Below, piece by piece: positions 38,991 through 51,749 of a DNA stretch of 64,000 nucleotides (its first letter is position 1; each line of letters opens with the position of its first letter). The notes under the pieces were generated by a model. That model saw nothing but the letters and a program-made list of their open reading frames with translations. It was not told the origin of the DNA and did not search any database. Source of the stretch: Lama guanicoe (lineage: Eukaryota); assembly GCA_013239625.1 (NCBI GenBank), contig MU054323.1, positions 10,881,186-10,945,185 of the forward strand, in the 5' to 3' direction. Position numbers and translations under genes: made by a program.

Positions 38991-40461
38991 GTTTGACGCA
39001 AGCTGAGATTGATGACACCCATCCTGGTAGGCTGAATTATTGGTCCCACTTTTCATCCCCCTTGTAGTAGCATCCTTGCACTATGACCTCAGGGAGAGCA
39101 AAGTGTACTTCCTTGCCACTTGATTTTTTTTCCCGTCCAGCAGTTTTCAAGTTGTGAAATAAAAACATCAGAAAGGGGGCAGGGTCATACCTGAGATACA
39201 TTCAGGGGAGCAGGTCAAAACTATTTTCATAATAATACTAAGACATTATTTGCTCTTTCACTGAATTAACATTTTCACTGATAGTGCACAGGCAATATTA
39301 GGGAAAACTGCTGGCACCTTAGCATGAACCAAGGCCACTGCCACCAAACTGAACCAGTAGCCATCATGTTCTTCACAGCCATGCATTCATGGCTAGAGAA
39401 AATGCCAGTTTCTCTACAAATTTCCTTGACGAAACAATAAACAGGATTAATTTCATTAAATCTTGATGTCTGAGAAATATCTCTTCAACAGCTTGTGTAA
39501 GAAAATGGGAAAAAATAAAGCCTAGGAGTTCCGGTCAAGATGGCGGAGTGGTAGGAGCACAAGCTTGCCTCTCCTTGCAACTACAATGAAACCACAACTG
39601 AATGCTAAACAACCATTGAAAAAAGACTGGAATCTAGCAAAAAAGATCTTCTGCAACTGGAAACATAAAGAAGGAACCACAGCAAGATGGTAGGAGGGGC
39701 ATATTTGCAATATAATTGGGCCCCAAACCCCCTGGGTGGGTGACCTGCAAGCTGAAGATTTGTTAAGTCATAGAGGCCCTCCCACAGGAGTAAGAGCTCT
39801 AAGCCCCACGTCAGGCTCCCCAGCTCAGGTCCCGGCACTGGGAAAAGAAGATCCCAGGACACCTGGTTTTAAAGGCCAGGGGGGCTTGGCTCCGGGAGCC
39901 CCTCAGGATTGGGGGAAACAGAGACTCCATTCGCTTGAGAAGCATACACAAACATTCACATGCACCAGGTCCAAGGGCAGAGGCAGTGATTTCATAGGAA
40001 CCTGGGTCAGACCTGTCTGCTGGATTGGGAGGGTCTTCTGGGGATGTGGGGGACGGCTGCGACTCACTCAAGGGACATAAACGCTGGCAGTGGACATTCT
40101 GGGAGTATTAATCTACATGAGCTTTCCTGGAGGCTGACACCTTTATTGGATCATTAGCACCAAGGCCTAGCCCCACCCAACAGCCTGTAGGGAAGCCTCA
40201 GGCCAAACAACATACAGGGTAGGAACACAGCCCCATCTATCCTCAGACTTCCTAAGCCACAAAGGCCTCTAGACACAGGCCTACCCACCAGAGGTCCAGG
40301 ACCAAGCTTCACCCAGCAGTGGGCAGGCACTGGCTCCTCCTGCCAGGAAACCTGCATAAGCCTCTAGTCCAGCCTCATCCACCAGTGGCAGATACTAGAA
40401 ATAAGAAAATAATTCCAAAGCCTGTGGAAGGAATCCACAAACACACAGAAAGATAGACAAC

Positions 40462-41341
40462 ATGAGGCGGCAAAGGAATACCTCCCAGGCCAAGGCACAA
40501 GATAAAATCCCAGAAGAAGAAATAAGTGATGAGGAGATAGGTAATTTATCTGAGAAAGAGTTTAAAGTAGTGATGGCCAAGATGTTCAGAAAACTCAAGA
40601 GGAGTATAGATGCACAGAGTGAAGTTTTTAGCAAAGAGTTAGAAAATATAAAGAATACCCAGAGTTGAATAAAAGCACTGAAATGAACAATACACTAGAA
40701 GGAAACAAGAATAGACTAAATGAGGCAGAAAAGCAGATCAGTGAGCTAGAAGATAGATTGGTGGAAATCACTACTTCAGAACAGAAAAAAGAAAAAAGAA
40801 TAAAAAGGAATGAGTACAGTTTACGAAGAGGAACAGGAAGTGCTCTAATATTCACATTACAGGGGTCCCAGAAAGAGAAGAAAGAGAGAAAGGACCTGAG
40901 AAAATTTTTGGAGAGATAATAACCGAAAACTTCCCCAACATGGGAAAGGAAACAGTCACCCAAGTCCTGGAAGCGTAGTGAGTACCAGACAGAATCAACC
41001 GTAAGAGGAATACACCAAGGCATATAGTCATCAAATTGACAATAATTAAGGATAAGGAGAAAATATTAAAATTAGCAAGAGAAAAGCAACAAATAACATA
41101 CAAGGGAACTCCCATGAGGTTATCAGCTGATTTTTCAGCAGGAATGCTACAGACCAGAAGGGAGTGGCACGATGTATTTCAAGTGATGCAAGGGGGAAAC
41201 TTACAACCAAGAATACTCTATCCAGCAAGGATCTCCTTCACATTTGATGGAGAAATCAAAAGCTTCACAGATAAACAAAAGCTAAAAGATTTCAGCACCA
41301 CCAGACCAGCTTTACAACAAATGTTAAAGGACATTCTCTAG
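40462..41341 (+). pseudogene. LINE-1 ORF1p, frameshifted
   Basis: Three ORF pieces: MRRQRN...LSEKEFK, coiled-coil RLNEAEKQISELEDR, and C-terminal ITYKGTPMRLSADFS...LQPRILYPARISF...RPALQQMLK. Confidence 0.95.
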
Positions 41342-41414
41342 TAATCAAAACATAAGAAAACAGAACAAAAAGAAGAAAGAGAAGAAAAAAAAAAAGAGAG
41401 AGAGACATACAAAA

Positions 41415-41794
41415 GATTGCTTTGGCTGTTCGGGGTCTTTTGTGGTTCCTTATAAATTTTGGAATTGTTTGTTCTAGTTCTGTGAGGAATGCCACAAGTA
41501 TTTTGATGGGGGTTGCGTTGGATCTGTGGATTGCTTTGGGTAGTGTGGCCATTTTGATAGTTTTGATTCTTCCAATCCAAGAGCACAAGAAATCTTTCCA
41601 TTTCTTTGTGTCATTTCAGTTTTCAGAGTATAGGTAACCTCCTTGGTTAAGTTTATTTCTAGGTATTTTGTTGTTTTTGATGTAATGGAAATGTCTCTGC
41701 CAGTTATAAAATTCTGGCTTTTCAAGTGAAAAAAAAGTGAATGAAGGGCTGCAAATGGCAAAATATCCTTCTTTTTATGGGTGAGTTGTATTCC

Positions 41795-41829
<35 letters not shown>

Positions 41830-41940
41830 TCTCCATCTCCATTATCTATTCAACTATTGGTGTGCACTTAGGATGCTTCCATATCTTGGCATTTATAAAT
41901 AATGTTGCTGTTAATAGCAGGGTGTTATTATCTTTTTGAG
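41415..41940 (-). mobile_element. Antisense L1 ORF2 fragment (41415-41690) and antisense L1 3' fragment (41748-41940) containing (CA)n
   Basis: Minus-strand [28 protein letters not shown]...[10 protein letters not shown]; gctgcaaatggcaaaat...tgcttccatatcttggc. Confidence 0.9.
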
Positions 41941-42065
41941 TCAATTCTTATTTTGTGGTTGGCTTTATTCCTTTGATAACTATGTAAGTTTAAAAAACTA
42001 AAGCTCTAAACATTCTTAGAAACGATGAACAGTACATATATGTAAATTAAAAATATACATACAGT

Positions 42066-42605
42066 TTAAAAAATGATCTATCAAGCCATGAAAGACATAG
42101 AAGAAACTTAAAAACACATTTTATTAAATGAAAGAAGCCAGTCTGAAAAGGCTACAAACTATATGATTCCAACCAAATGACATTCTGGAAGAGGCACAGC
42201 TATAGAAACAATAGAAAAGATCATGGTTTCCAGGGGTTTGGGGAGAGGGAGGAAGGGAAGAATGAATAGATGGAGCACAAGGGACTTTTAGGGCAATGAA
42301 ATTATTCTGTATGATACTACAGTGGTGGCTACATGTCATTATGCATTTGTCAAAACTTCAAGAATGTACAAAATCAAGAGTAAACCCTAATGTAAACTAT
42401 GGACTTTGGTTGATAATAATGTGCCCATGTTGGTACATCGATTGTACAAAATATGCCACACTGGTGAGGGATGTTGAGGGTAGGCGAGTATATATATATG
42501 TGGGTGGGGAGGGCTATGTGGGAACTATATTTTCTGTTCAATTCTGCTGTGAAACTGAAACTGCTCTAAAAGAATGAAGTCTATTAAAAATGTTTTAAAA
42601 AAGAA
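42066..42605 (+). mobile_element. L1MC-type 3' end
   Basis: tcaagccatgaaagac...gaaagaagccagtctgaaaaggct...aaccctaatgtaaactatggactttgg...aaactgctctaaaa plus an A-rich tail. Confidence 0.88.
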
Positions 42606-42910
42606 AAGAAAACGGGAAGTAAGTATAAAGCACTTCTGCTGTATACCCAAGTACCACGGTTGTCGTGAGGAAAAGCAGTTGTGTGACTGAGCTGCAAGCT
42701 ATGTTAACTACTCTTCCCATGGCACACTACTTTAACTTGAAAGAATGACTAACAAACTATGATTATTCAGACTTACGTATTTAGCAGACACTTTGTCAAA
42801 AGCAATGTGAGACTGTCACTTCTTGAAAAACACCTGACAAAACTTGTTGCTAATGATACAATCTGAGTTTTCAGATCAAAATTAGAATTTTGTAAAACAT
42901 TTTGTATTTG

Positions 42911-43314
42911 TGTATTAAAAAGTCTGACTCCATTTTTTTTTTTGAGAGGCCCAAACCCTCTCTCTTTCCCTCTTGCCCCACATTTGACAAGCTGGTAAGG
43001 AAGCCCTGGTACTCTCTCCCCAGGTGACAGCAGAGAAGTCCAAACCACACATGCCCTGGATACGCATGGGAATACTCACTGTGCCCCTGCCCCCTAACTA
43101 CAATAAAAACCAAAGTCACTATCCCTTGTTTCACACAAGCCATTTCGGATTGGCTTGGGTGCATGCCCTACTCTCTCCAGAAAGCCTCAATACATGAGTA
43201 ATGATTTTTTTTTCATGCTTTCTTGGTGCATGTGTGCTATCATCAGTCTTGACAACCAAGCAAATTTTGGGTGAGGGATTGATCCCACCCTCCGTGGGCA
43301 ACTACAGGAGAACA
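42911..43314 (+). mobile_element. ERVL-class 5' LTR (MER54/MER74-like)
   Basis: Starts tgtattaaaaagtctgactccattttt, has an internal caataaaa, ends ...aca before a PBS-like sequence. Confidence 0.75.
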
Positions 43315-46300
43315 GGCACTGTAAGCATGATGGCCTAAGCAATGACCACAACCACCTGGGGGTGCTTATTCTCTTGTTTTGAGATTGCTAACCAGCTCTT
43401 CTGCCTGTTGGCATGCATGCTTTTGGAGCTGCTGCCAACTGGCCGGTGTGCCCTTTGAGCTGTGTTGTGGACTGCTGGCAAGCTTGCACTCTGAGCTGGG
43501 CTCTTTTGTACTGCATGGGCTGAGTCCTACTGAGGCTCTGTTATAGATTTAACTGACCTAAATCAGAAACTTTGACAACGGCAGTTGGAACAGGAGTCCC
43601 TAACAGGGATTGGTGCCCTCCAAAGTCACCCTGGATGGTATGCCATGGCCCAGATCTGTGTTTTTCAGATTGAACTGTGTGTCTTGCTTTTAATATAAGC
43701 TTACCCTGACCCATTCTAGGCTCAGAGAATGACTCCTGCCCTGTGACTGTTGTTTGTGTGCACCACACAGATGTTGACCCCTGTTCTAGAGAACACTCAT
43801 GGACAAACATACAACCGTCCCTTTGGTGGCTGCTCATATGAGAAAAGAAAAACTAGTATGTTATCATGCTGAAGTACAAGCTCCACAGGGCACCTGGCTC
43901 ACGGGGACTCTGTGAGGCTGAAAGTGACTCTCTGTCATTGGTGTTTTACTTCTGTTACAAAAAAGATCCTGATCCTCAGAACTGAGAGGGGAAATCCATG
44001 ATGCTCCAAAGCACAGATAATAATAAAAGTATACCAAAGTATACCAGTTCCACAGAGGGGCCGGAGGAAACTATAAATTTACCAGAAAATTTAAAAAGTG
44101 ATCACCTGACTCTAGGCGCCACGACCTATCAGCATGCTCAGTGGCCATATCCACCTCATGGAGCAGAGGCCCCTGAGGCAACAAAACAGGTGATATTTGT
44201 AGGTGTTGTTATGAGGGTGTGTGTGAAATTCCTGACCCTAATGACCTGGAATTCCATGGATGGAGAAACTTAAAGGTAGGACAGGGTAAGACCTCCCCCA
44301 AAGTGTTCCTTATAACTACTCAAAAAAAACTTGTATTTGGGTTTAGGAAAGAGAAACTAAAACAGAGATCTACGATTTATTCTATTAGAAATTCAAAACT
44401 GACTAAAAGAATTTATTCAATGGGAAGATGAAAAGGGAACCAACTGGCTTTTGTATCTCTATAACACTAGTTCAGAATTAACATTAACATTTGTTGAGAT
44501 ATGTTAATTGGCAAGCATACCTTATGATCCCCAAATTAATAATTTATTGAGAAATGCATTTGATCTACTGAAATGGGACCATAATAAATGGGTTCATAAT
44601 ATGCACCCTCTATAAAATTCTAGAGCTCATCTCCCTGTCTTTTCTCTAATCCACTGGGTGTTCATAGAATGAAAATTAGCCCATCCAACTGCCACCATTG
44701 TAAATGCTCATGCTTTCACTAGTTGGAAAAACTTAAAGGAAGAACAATAGCTATTGAGGAAAACTGGCATGGTGCAAAGGATTTATTATTTTTTTCTGGA
44801 ACATCCCAATCAACCAGAAGTACTTACTAGCCTCAAGAAGAAACTTTTAATGCTGATCCAAGACAATTCTTTTAAAGAAGACACTCCCAAAGAATCAAGT
44901 AGACTTGTTTCCCCTTATTAGCCAGGCTGCCACTATTAAGAAAGCATTAGATGGCCTACATCTACTTACCATGAAGAACAAGAGGAAACTCAAATAAATA
45001 TTTACCTATCAAGGAGATAATCAAGGAAATAAGAATTATTAAAGGAGGCAATGGTTCTAATAAAGGACCTCCAGGCAATCAGCCCCGCCAAAACCAATAA
45101 CCTCATCAAAAGGTCTAATATTGGAGATTCTAAAATCTGGGTTTCCCAAATCATTTCATCTTGGGCACAACCCCTGAAGAGTTACAAGCTTTATTACAGC
45201 AAACTGTGCAGAAGCTACAAGGCCCGCAGTGCCAGGCCACAGCACATATATAGCAAGTTGCCTCCAGACCTCCATGATTCTCATGCCCCTAATACCCCAA
45301 GGGCCAACTACTGAATATCCTGATTTTAAGCAGTGGCAACCACCACAAACCTGCTAGGGACTCAGCATCTCTCAGAGGTACAAGGTACAACACCTGGAGA
45401 CAATTTACCCCTATACCTCCCTAGTTGTTCGTTGGTCTCCCTACAACCAGCAAATCTTCATGGCCTTAGTCAATACTGGACTCAAGTTAGTTATACTTGG
45501 GGTCCCACAAAATTTAAACAAGGTACCATCTATGCTCTTAGAGGACTTATGGGACATTAAAACATACAGCTAACAGCAATGCCTCACCGTAACCATCAGC
45601 ATTATTTTCTTAAATAAATTCCTCAAGGTCATAGCACTCATTTCCCCTAAAATAACCCCAGTGGGCAAGCCCTGATTCAGTTAAGTGATGAGTCTGAATA
45701 AAAGAAAGTCTTTGACACTTACAGTTGGTTTCACAAAATAGTATCCCATAGGCCTTCTCCACACCTCCCTTCCACTTGCGTAAGATAGTTAATGAATAGC
45801 TCAATGTATTTTGAAACAAGATCTACAGGAATTAAAAGTCATTATGCAAGACTTACTGAAAGGGGGGGTCATTGTTTCTACTGTCTCCCTCTTTGATAAC
45901 CCAATTTGGACAGTGCTCAAACCTGATGAAAACAAATGATACCTAACAGTGGTTTACCCTAACCTTAATGCCATGATACTCTAAATTAAGGTCCCCATAT
46001 CTGATATCATTGATACTACTGACTCCACCCTATCAGCAACTGGAAAGTATTATGCTGTTACAGATTTAGCTAATATGTTCTTGGCACTGCCCATTTTGAC
46101 AGTCTTTCAACTGAAATATGGCATCCCCTTTGAAGGAACACAATATACTTTCACTTGTCTCCCCACGGGGTATTTCAACAGCCCTGCCATCACAATCATT
46201 CTTTGCAGGCATTCTATTTTCTCCAGGAACACAAGTATGACATCACATTGACTACATCCTCCTTTGAGGAGATTCAAAGGATACAGTCACACAGGATATA

Positions 46301-47590
46301 TAAACATTTGTCATAGACTTCTCCAATTAGGGCTGAGTCATTCTTCCCCATAAGATTCAAGGCTCTACCACATTAATAACATTTCTGAGCATTTTGGTTC
46401 ATGGAACTAACTCCTTACCTTATCCACACCCACTGATTTAAGGCAGGCCCAACACTTGCTGGAACTACTCAAATTTGGAGGAAACATATTCCTCACTTAT
46501 AAATTTTGCTAAATCCCACTTATGTTGTTACTCACAAATCAGCCCACTTTGAATGGCGCTCCCTACAACAACAGACTCTAAAATCTGTCCAAATTGTAAT
46601 GCAACAGCCAATCCCATTAGTGCCTTTGGAGATTCCTTCACTGTAAAGACATTAGCAACCTCCCCCTGAAGTTTTTGGACCACCTATGACATCCATAAAT
46701 TGCTCATGGACTTCCAGTGCAAGAAACTCTGCAGCGTCATACTATACACCTTTAAAGCAGCAATCGCTGGCCACATATTGGGTTCCTCTGGGGATGGATG
46801 GAAACTCTCACAGGCCCTAAGCTCAGCCTTGACTCAGCTTTACCAGACCAGTCTTTTACCTAGCTGCTCATTATGCCTTGGGTCACAAACACAGCACCTT
46901 ACAGGCTTATTTAGCATACAGAGGCCTCCTTATTGAAATGGAAATAGTGCTTACAGGTTAGGGCCAAACCTGGGCCCTCTGGAATATCTTACCTACAAGA
47001 GGAGACAGCCTCCCTGTCCTCAATCCCTTGCTAGATATAAAAACACCAGAGGTGATCATCGCTCTCCCAGACCCACTTGCCACCTGGAGAGCCTGTTGGA
47101 ATCAAATGAGTGACCAGAAAAGGGAGTCTATATACTTTATGGGTGGTAGAGACACTCCCACACCATACAGTCTGCTGGAGAGCTACTCTATCCCCTAACC
47201 AGGACATCCCTAATCAAGGGTAGGGCCCAAGGTCAGCACAACTGATCAAACCTCCAAAGATCACCTTAGCACTAGAGGATGCCCTGGCCAACAATATGTC
47301 CCATTTGCCATTTGCACAGCAGTTTGGGCCACTGCCAATGGTATGGTCATCTGGTACAAATGATGACAGCAACAACTCCTTATCCAAGGTTATCCCCTTT
47401 GTAGTAAAAAAAACTCAGGAAATTTCTTGCCTCACAGATATCCAAAATATAAATCAACATCATATGTACCTCTGTACACAGTATAGCCACAATACAAGCC
47501 CTCACCAAAACACTCCTCATCACCTTCAAAGTTCCAGACATTACTGACAATTACCAAGGCACTCATTTCATTTTTCAAAATAATTAACAC
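43315..47590 (+). mobile_element. Decayed class III ERV internal region (gag-pro-pol), 3'-truncated
   Basis: Protease-like FMALVNTG (~45457-45480). RT motifs SLFDNPIWTVLKP, GKYYAVTDLANMFLALPI, GTQYTFTCLPTGYFNSPAI and decayed YIDD (HIDYILL, ~46244-46264). Many stops and frameshifts. Confidence 0.88.
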
Positions 47591-47619
47591 TGGGTTTATA
47601 AACATGTTTTACATATACA

Positions 47620-48560
47620 ACTAATTCATTTATTCTTTAGTTATTCATTAAGAACCTTTTATGAGCCAGATATTAGATTCTGGAAATAATGATGAGTAAG
47701 GTAGACATGGCTTTTGCCTATCAGGAGCTCATAATTCCAAAGGGAAATAGTCAGCTAAACAGTAAATGAACATACTAATAAAAGCAAGCATGGAGTGCTA
47801 AGGGAGCTCAAAGGGGAAGTACCTACACTGAGAACTGAAGCATGAATAAAAGTTAGTCATGTTTAGGAGGGAAAAGAGAAAACTGTTTCAGACATACAAG
47901 AGAATACTGCTTATTCCAAGAACTGAAAGATGTTCACTATGGTGAGAATAGAATGCTGGAATGATGTAAATCAGGAAAATGGAAATCTCTCTAGGTATTT
48001 CAAATAGAGTAAATTTAACAGAGGGAATTTTTTTTACAACTGTGATGGAAGCATCGAGAAGATTAGAAAGAAAAAAAAAAAAGGATGAGGAAGCAGCTTA
48101 GTGATCATGACAGCGGCTGAAGCCATCTGGCAGGGGCCACGGCACAGTGGTGACTGCCTGGCAGGAGCAGGGCTATAGAGGACACTACAGCCTGGTGGGA
48201 GCTGGGGCCAAAAGGAGACAGAGAGAATGCACCTACTCCTGGAGATACCATCTGAGGTGGAGAGGTTGGAGGGGTAGAAATACCCTCCCCTACCCTTCAT
48301 CCTCTGCCAGTGCTAAACCTAGGTGGAATCCACTTGAAAAGAAAAGAGAGTCCTGGAATGCATTCTTTCATCCCCAATGTAATACAGAGGAGGGGAAGGA
48401 AGAGATTAGAGGGTAAAGGGCAAAAGACTAACACAGTAAAGGTAAAACCGAAAAAGGAGGCTAAGGTCAGATCACCCATACTCTTGTAAGCACTTTATCC
48501 TAAACACAGTAGGGAGCTATTGAAGGGTTTTAAGCAAGAAGTATATAATTGAATTTACCT
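47620..48560 (-). mobile_element. L2 LINE interrupted by an old LTR (~47965-48420)
   Basis: attcatttattc...ggagctcataattcca...gaactgaagcatgaa resumes as ggtcagatcac...gggagctattgaagggttttaagca. Confidence 0.7.
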
Positions 48561-48689
48561 TAAAAGATTACTAAGTATTTTAATAATTTTTTACTTTAGT
48601 ACCTGAGAATTAAAAATAGAAGTTTCATAGTAGCAGATGTGATCATAAAACATCTGAAATTATGATCTCCCCATTTTAAAAGCTACACT

Positions 48690-49050
48690 GGTAAGTTACA
48701 GTGTATCTAGAGACTAGAAACAAGACTAATGAGGCATCTGGGAACCCTGTCATCAAAGAACCAGTTTGAGGGTATCAGTCACATTTCTCCTGGAGAGGAG
48801 AGCTCTGAGAGTAGCTATGACAGCTGTCATATTATACAAAGAGCAGCCATGTAGAAGGAGGCATAGGTTTTTCCCCTCAATATTCCAGAGGGAAGAGTGA
48901 GAAGTCAGGGAGAATGATGGGAAAGCAGATTTTCTTTCAGTTTTGATGGAAGAACTTCCCAACAGTTAAAACTTCTAACAATAGAAATGGACTCCCTGCA
49001 AAATGCTAAGTTGCTCCACAAGAGGGTAAGCTCCCAGTGAGGAAAGGTGA
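48690..49050 (+). mobile_element. L3/CR1 LINE 3' fragment
   Basis: ctggagaggaga...tatgacagctgtc...gccatgtagaagg...ccagaggg...gcagatttt...gaagaacttcccaacagtt...aatggactccct CR1-type ORF2 end. Confidence 0.75.
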
Positions 49051-49061
49051 TCAAATAAATC

Positions 49062-49415
49062 TTGTTTATTAGTTGGGGTCAGGTTAGAGGGCAGTTATAA
49101 CACGGCAAAATTCAGCAGCCTAATAAGATAAAAGTTTGATTTCCCACTCCCACTACACATCCAATGTGGAGTAAAAGGAATTTTGCTCACTGTGATTCCT
49201 CAGTGAGCTGGTGATGGGCACAAGACCATTCATGATCACCACAAAAGTGAAAAAGGAAAGGTCCCCTTAGAGCCTCTGTTAATTGGTGACATGAGCCTTC
49301 CTCCTCATATTTCACCAGCCAGAGCATGTCACAACATTCTAGCTACTTAAAAGGATTATGCTCATGAAGCAGAAAGACAGAAATATTTAGAGAATAGCAT
49401 TAATCACAATCATAA
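49062..49415 (-). mobile_element. Old MaLR LTR (MLT1J/K-like)
   Basis: ttagttggggtcagg...aaaagtttgatttc...catatttcaccagccagagc...agaaatattt...aatagcattaat. Confidence 0.55.
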
Positions 49416-50769
49416 ACTTCAATATCTTGATTATACTTGTCCTGACTACTTTGCAGGATGGTTAAGAGGATAAAATCACGTGCATGAAAGTTGTTCATAA
49501 GGATAAAGTGCTGTAGAAATGAATGGTGTGCTGATGCTCTGCACCTCGTTCACTGCCCCCTCCCCAGTGTCTGGTGCATAACAGAGGCTCTGTAACTGTT
49601 CACTGAAAGACTATATGGATTAACAAATATTTTGTGTTGATTTAACTTCATTCCTGGGGAAAGGAAAGTTGAGTCTAGATGTACTTAACAAAAGGGGACT
49701 AGTCCACTATCATCTGAAAAACAGACCCCTTTGTTTAGACAAAAGATGATTTAAACAATCTCAAAAATCCTTTTTAACAACAACAACAAATGCTAACTTC
49801 ACAGTCTCCCTCTGGAGACATAAAATATAATAGTTATCCTGAAATAAGAGCCTGGGTTTCATGACTTGTGAAAGAGATTTTACTCTTTCTAATAAATCCC
49901 TCCTCCTCCTACTCTTTACTTTGCAGCTTGGCTTTATTACCTTGACAGCATGAACATTATTTACTGTGTTCCCATCATGCATAGTAGCAACACGAAGCAG
50001 ACATAGTTTTGCTTTCACCAGTAACCACAGGGTCAAAAGAGTGCTGGCCACACAACCGACATCTAGCATATGCTGAATGAGTGCTGTGAAATAGAGGCCC
50101 CAACCTCCAAACACCAAGGCAAGGTGTCCCGGGCAAAAAAGCTTCACTCTCAAGCCCAGACACTTCACTCACCAAGGGGAAGAGGAACTTCACTGGTAAA
50201 CATAACCCCTTTGGGGAAAGAACCTTGGCCCACACAATCGTAGTTTTCTGCTGAGGTGGCATTTTTCCCAACACATTATGCTAAAGCCAGTTGGAGAAGA
50301 TGCTGAGGACTGTTATTTCCTAATTTGACTATGCCATTTCCAGTAATGGAAAGCTGTACTCCAGCCATCCATCTTAATAAATGAGACACATTTCATTAAA
50401 ACTTCCTTAAATAATTTCTTGTGGTTTTAGGAGGGAAAAACAAGAAAGAATGCTGTTTTGTGTCCCTGTGCATGTCAACATTTTGAGAGCTATTAAATGA
50501 AGCAAGTGCACATCTTCGGTTGAGAATTAAGTGGTCAACTGATGCCAACCCAAGTGTATTTCTCCAATGCATTTGCCCATTGGACAAAGGCATGAAAGGC
50601 TGTTAGACTGCATTGGCAAAAGAGTAATAATAATAATTACACATGATTTGAAACTTCATATTGCACTGTCTGTCCCTAAACACATTGTAGAATGGAGACA
50701 GGTAATTCTGTAAATGGACTCTTCTGAACTTTGCAGTTCTCTGTGGGTAAATAGGTATATAAAAATCCA

Positions 50770-50980
50770 GTATAGTGAAAATGGCATTACACTGGATTCA
50801 GGAGATTTTAATTCTAGTCTTGTTTCTACTGCTTAGGAGCTCTGTGACCTTGGCCAAGTAAACAAATTAATCTGTGTCTCTATCTTCTCCTTTGTACAGT
50901 AAAGATATAATACTTGTCAAAATAAGCTCACAGGATTATTATGAAGATTAAATGAGACAATAAAGAGAAAGAACTCACTA
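50770..50980 (+). mobile_element. MIR SINE
   Basis: gctctgtgaccttggccaagt...cacaggattattatgaagattaaatgagacaat. Confidence 0.82.
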
Positions 50981-51024
50981 AACTATGAAGAAACTTTCAC
51001 CAAAAAACACCTTCATGAGAGCAG

Positions 51025-51150
51025 GGATTTCCTTCCCTTCTTTCTCCATTTCTCCCTCCCTTCATTCTCTCCCTCCTTCCTTTCCTTCTTCCTCTCTGTC
51101 TCTTCTCTCCTCCACTCTTCTCTTTTCTCTCTCTCATCTTCCTTTTCTAC
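51025..51150. repeat. CT-rich low-complexity tract
   Basis: Polypyrimidine run of about 125 bp inside an L2 3' remnant. Confidence 0.85.
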
Positions 51151-51223
51151 TCCCATATCCCCAGTACCTAGAACAATACCTAGCACACAGGAGGTATTCA
51201 ATAAATATTTTTGGATTAATAAG

Positions 51224-51749
51224 TATAATGGTTAATTTTATAACAACTACATCACAGGGTACCCAGATATTTGGTCAAACATTATTCTGGGTGTGTCTGT
51301 GAGGGCGGATGAGATTAACATTTGAAATGGTAGACTGAGTAAAACACATTGCCCTCCCTAATGTGGGTGGACCTCATCTAATCAGTTGAAGGTCTGAATA
51401 GAACAAAAAGGTTGAATAGGAGGGAACTTCATCTTTCTGCTGGCTTGAGTTGGGACATCAGTTTTCTCCTGCCCTTGGACCAGAACTTACACCATCAGCA
51501 ATCCTGGTATCTCTAGCCTTCCACCCAGCCTGGAATTTACACCTTTCCTTTCCTGGGACTCCAGCTTGCTGACTGCAGATCTTGGGGCTTTTCAGTCTCC
51601 ATAATTGTGTTATCCAAGTTCATATATATATATATATATAAAATTCTTATATATATATGTGGGTGGGTAGGGACAGAGACAGACATCTGTATATCTCTAT
51701 CTCCATCCCCTTCAGATTCTGTTTCTCTGGAGAACTCTAACTAAAATAC
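51224..51749 (+). mobile_element. ERVL solo LTR (MLT2-type)
   Basis: atggttaatttt...cccagatatttggtcaaacattattctgggtgt...ttgccctccctaatgtgggtgg...ttctgtttctctggagaac...aataca. Confidence 0.9.

Larger units (their letters stand above)
39522..42065 (+). mobile_element. ORF1-only L1 derivative (young HAL1-like composite)
   Basis: L1 5' start gagttccggtcaagatggcggag, a ~900-bp 5' UTR and ORF1. Then an A/GA-rich linker, antisense L1 pieces, and a tail shared with 5821-5925. No sense ORF2. Confidence 0.75.
39138..42909 (+). mobile_element. Charlie1a-like hAT transposon, split into 39138-39511 and 42606-42909
   Basis: ggtcaaaactattttcataataatactaagac...aaaactgctggcaccttagcatgaa on the left resumes as gggaagtaagtataaagcacttctgctg...gttgctaatgata on the right; duplicated site aagaaaa(t/c)gggaa at 39499-39511 and 42606-42618. 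Confidence 0.85.
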
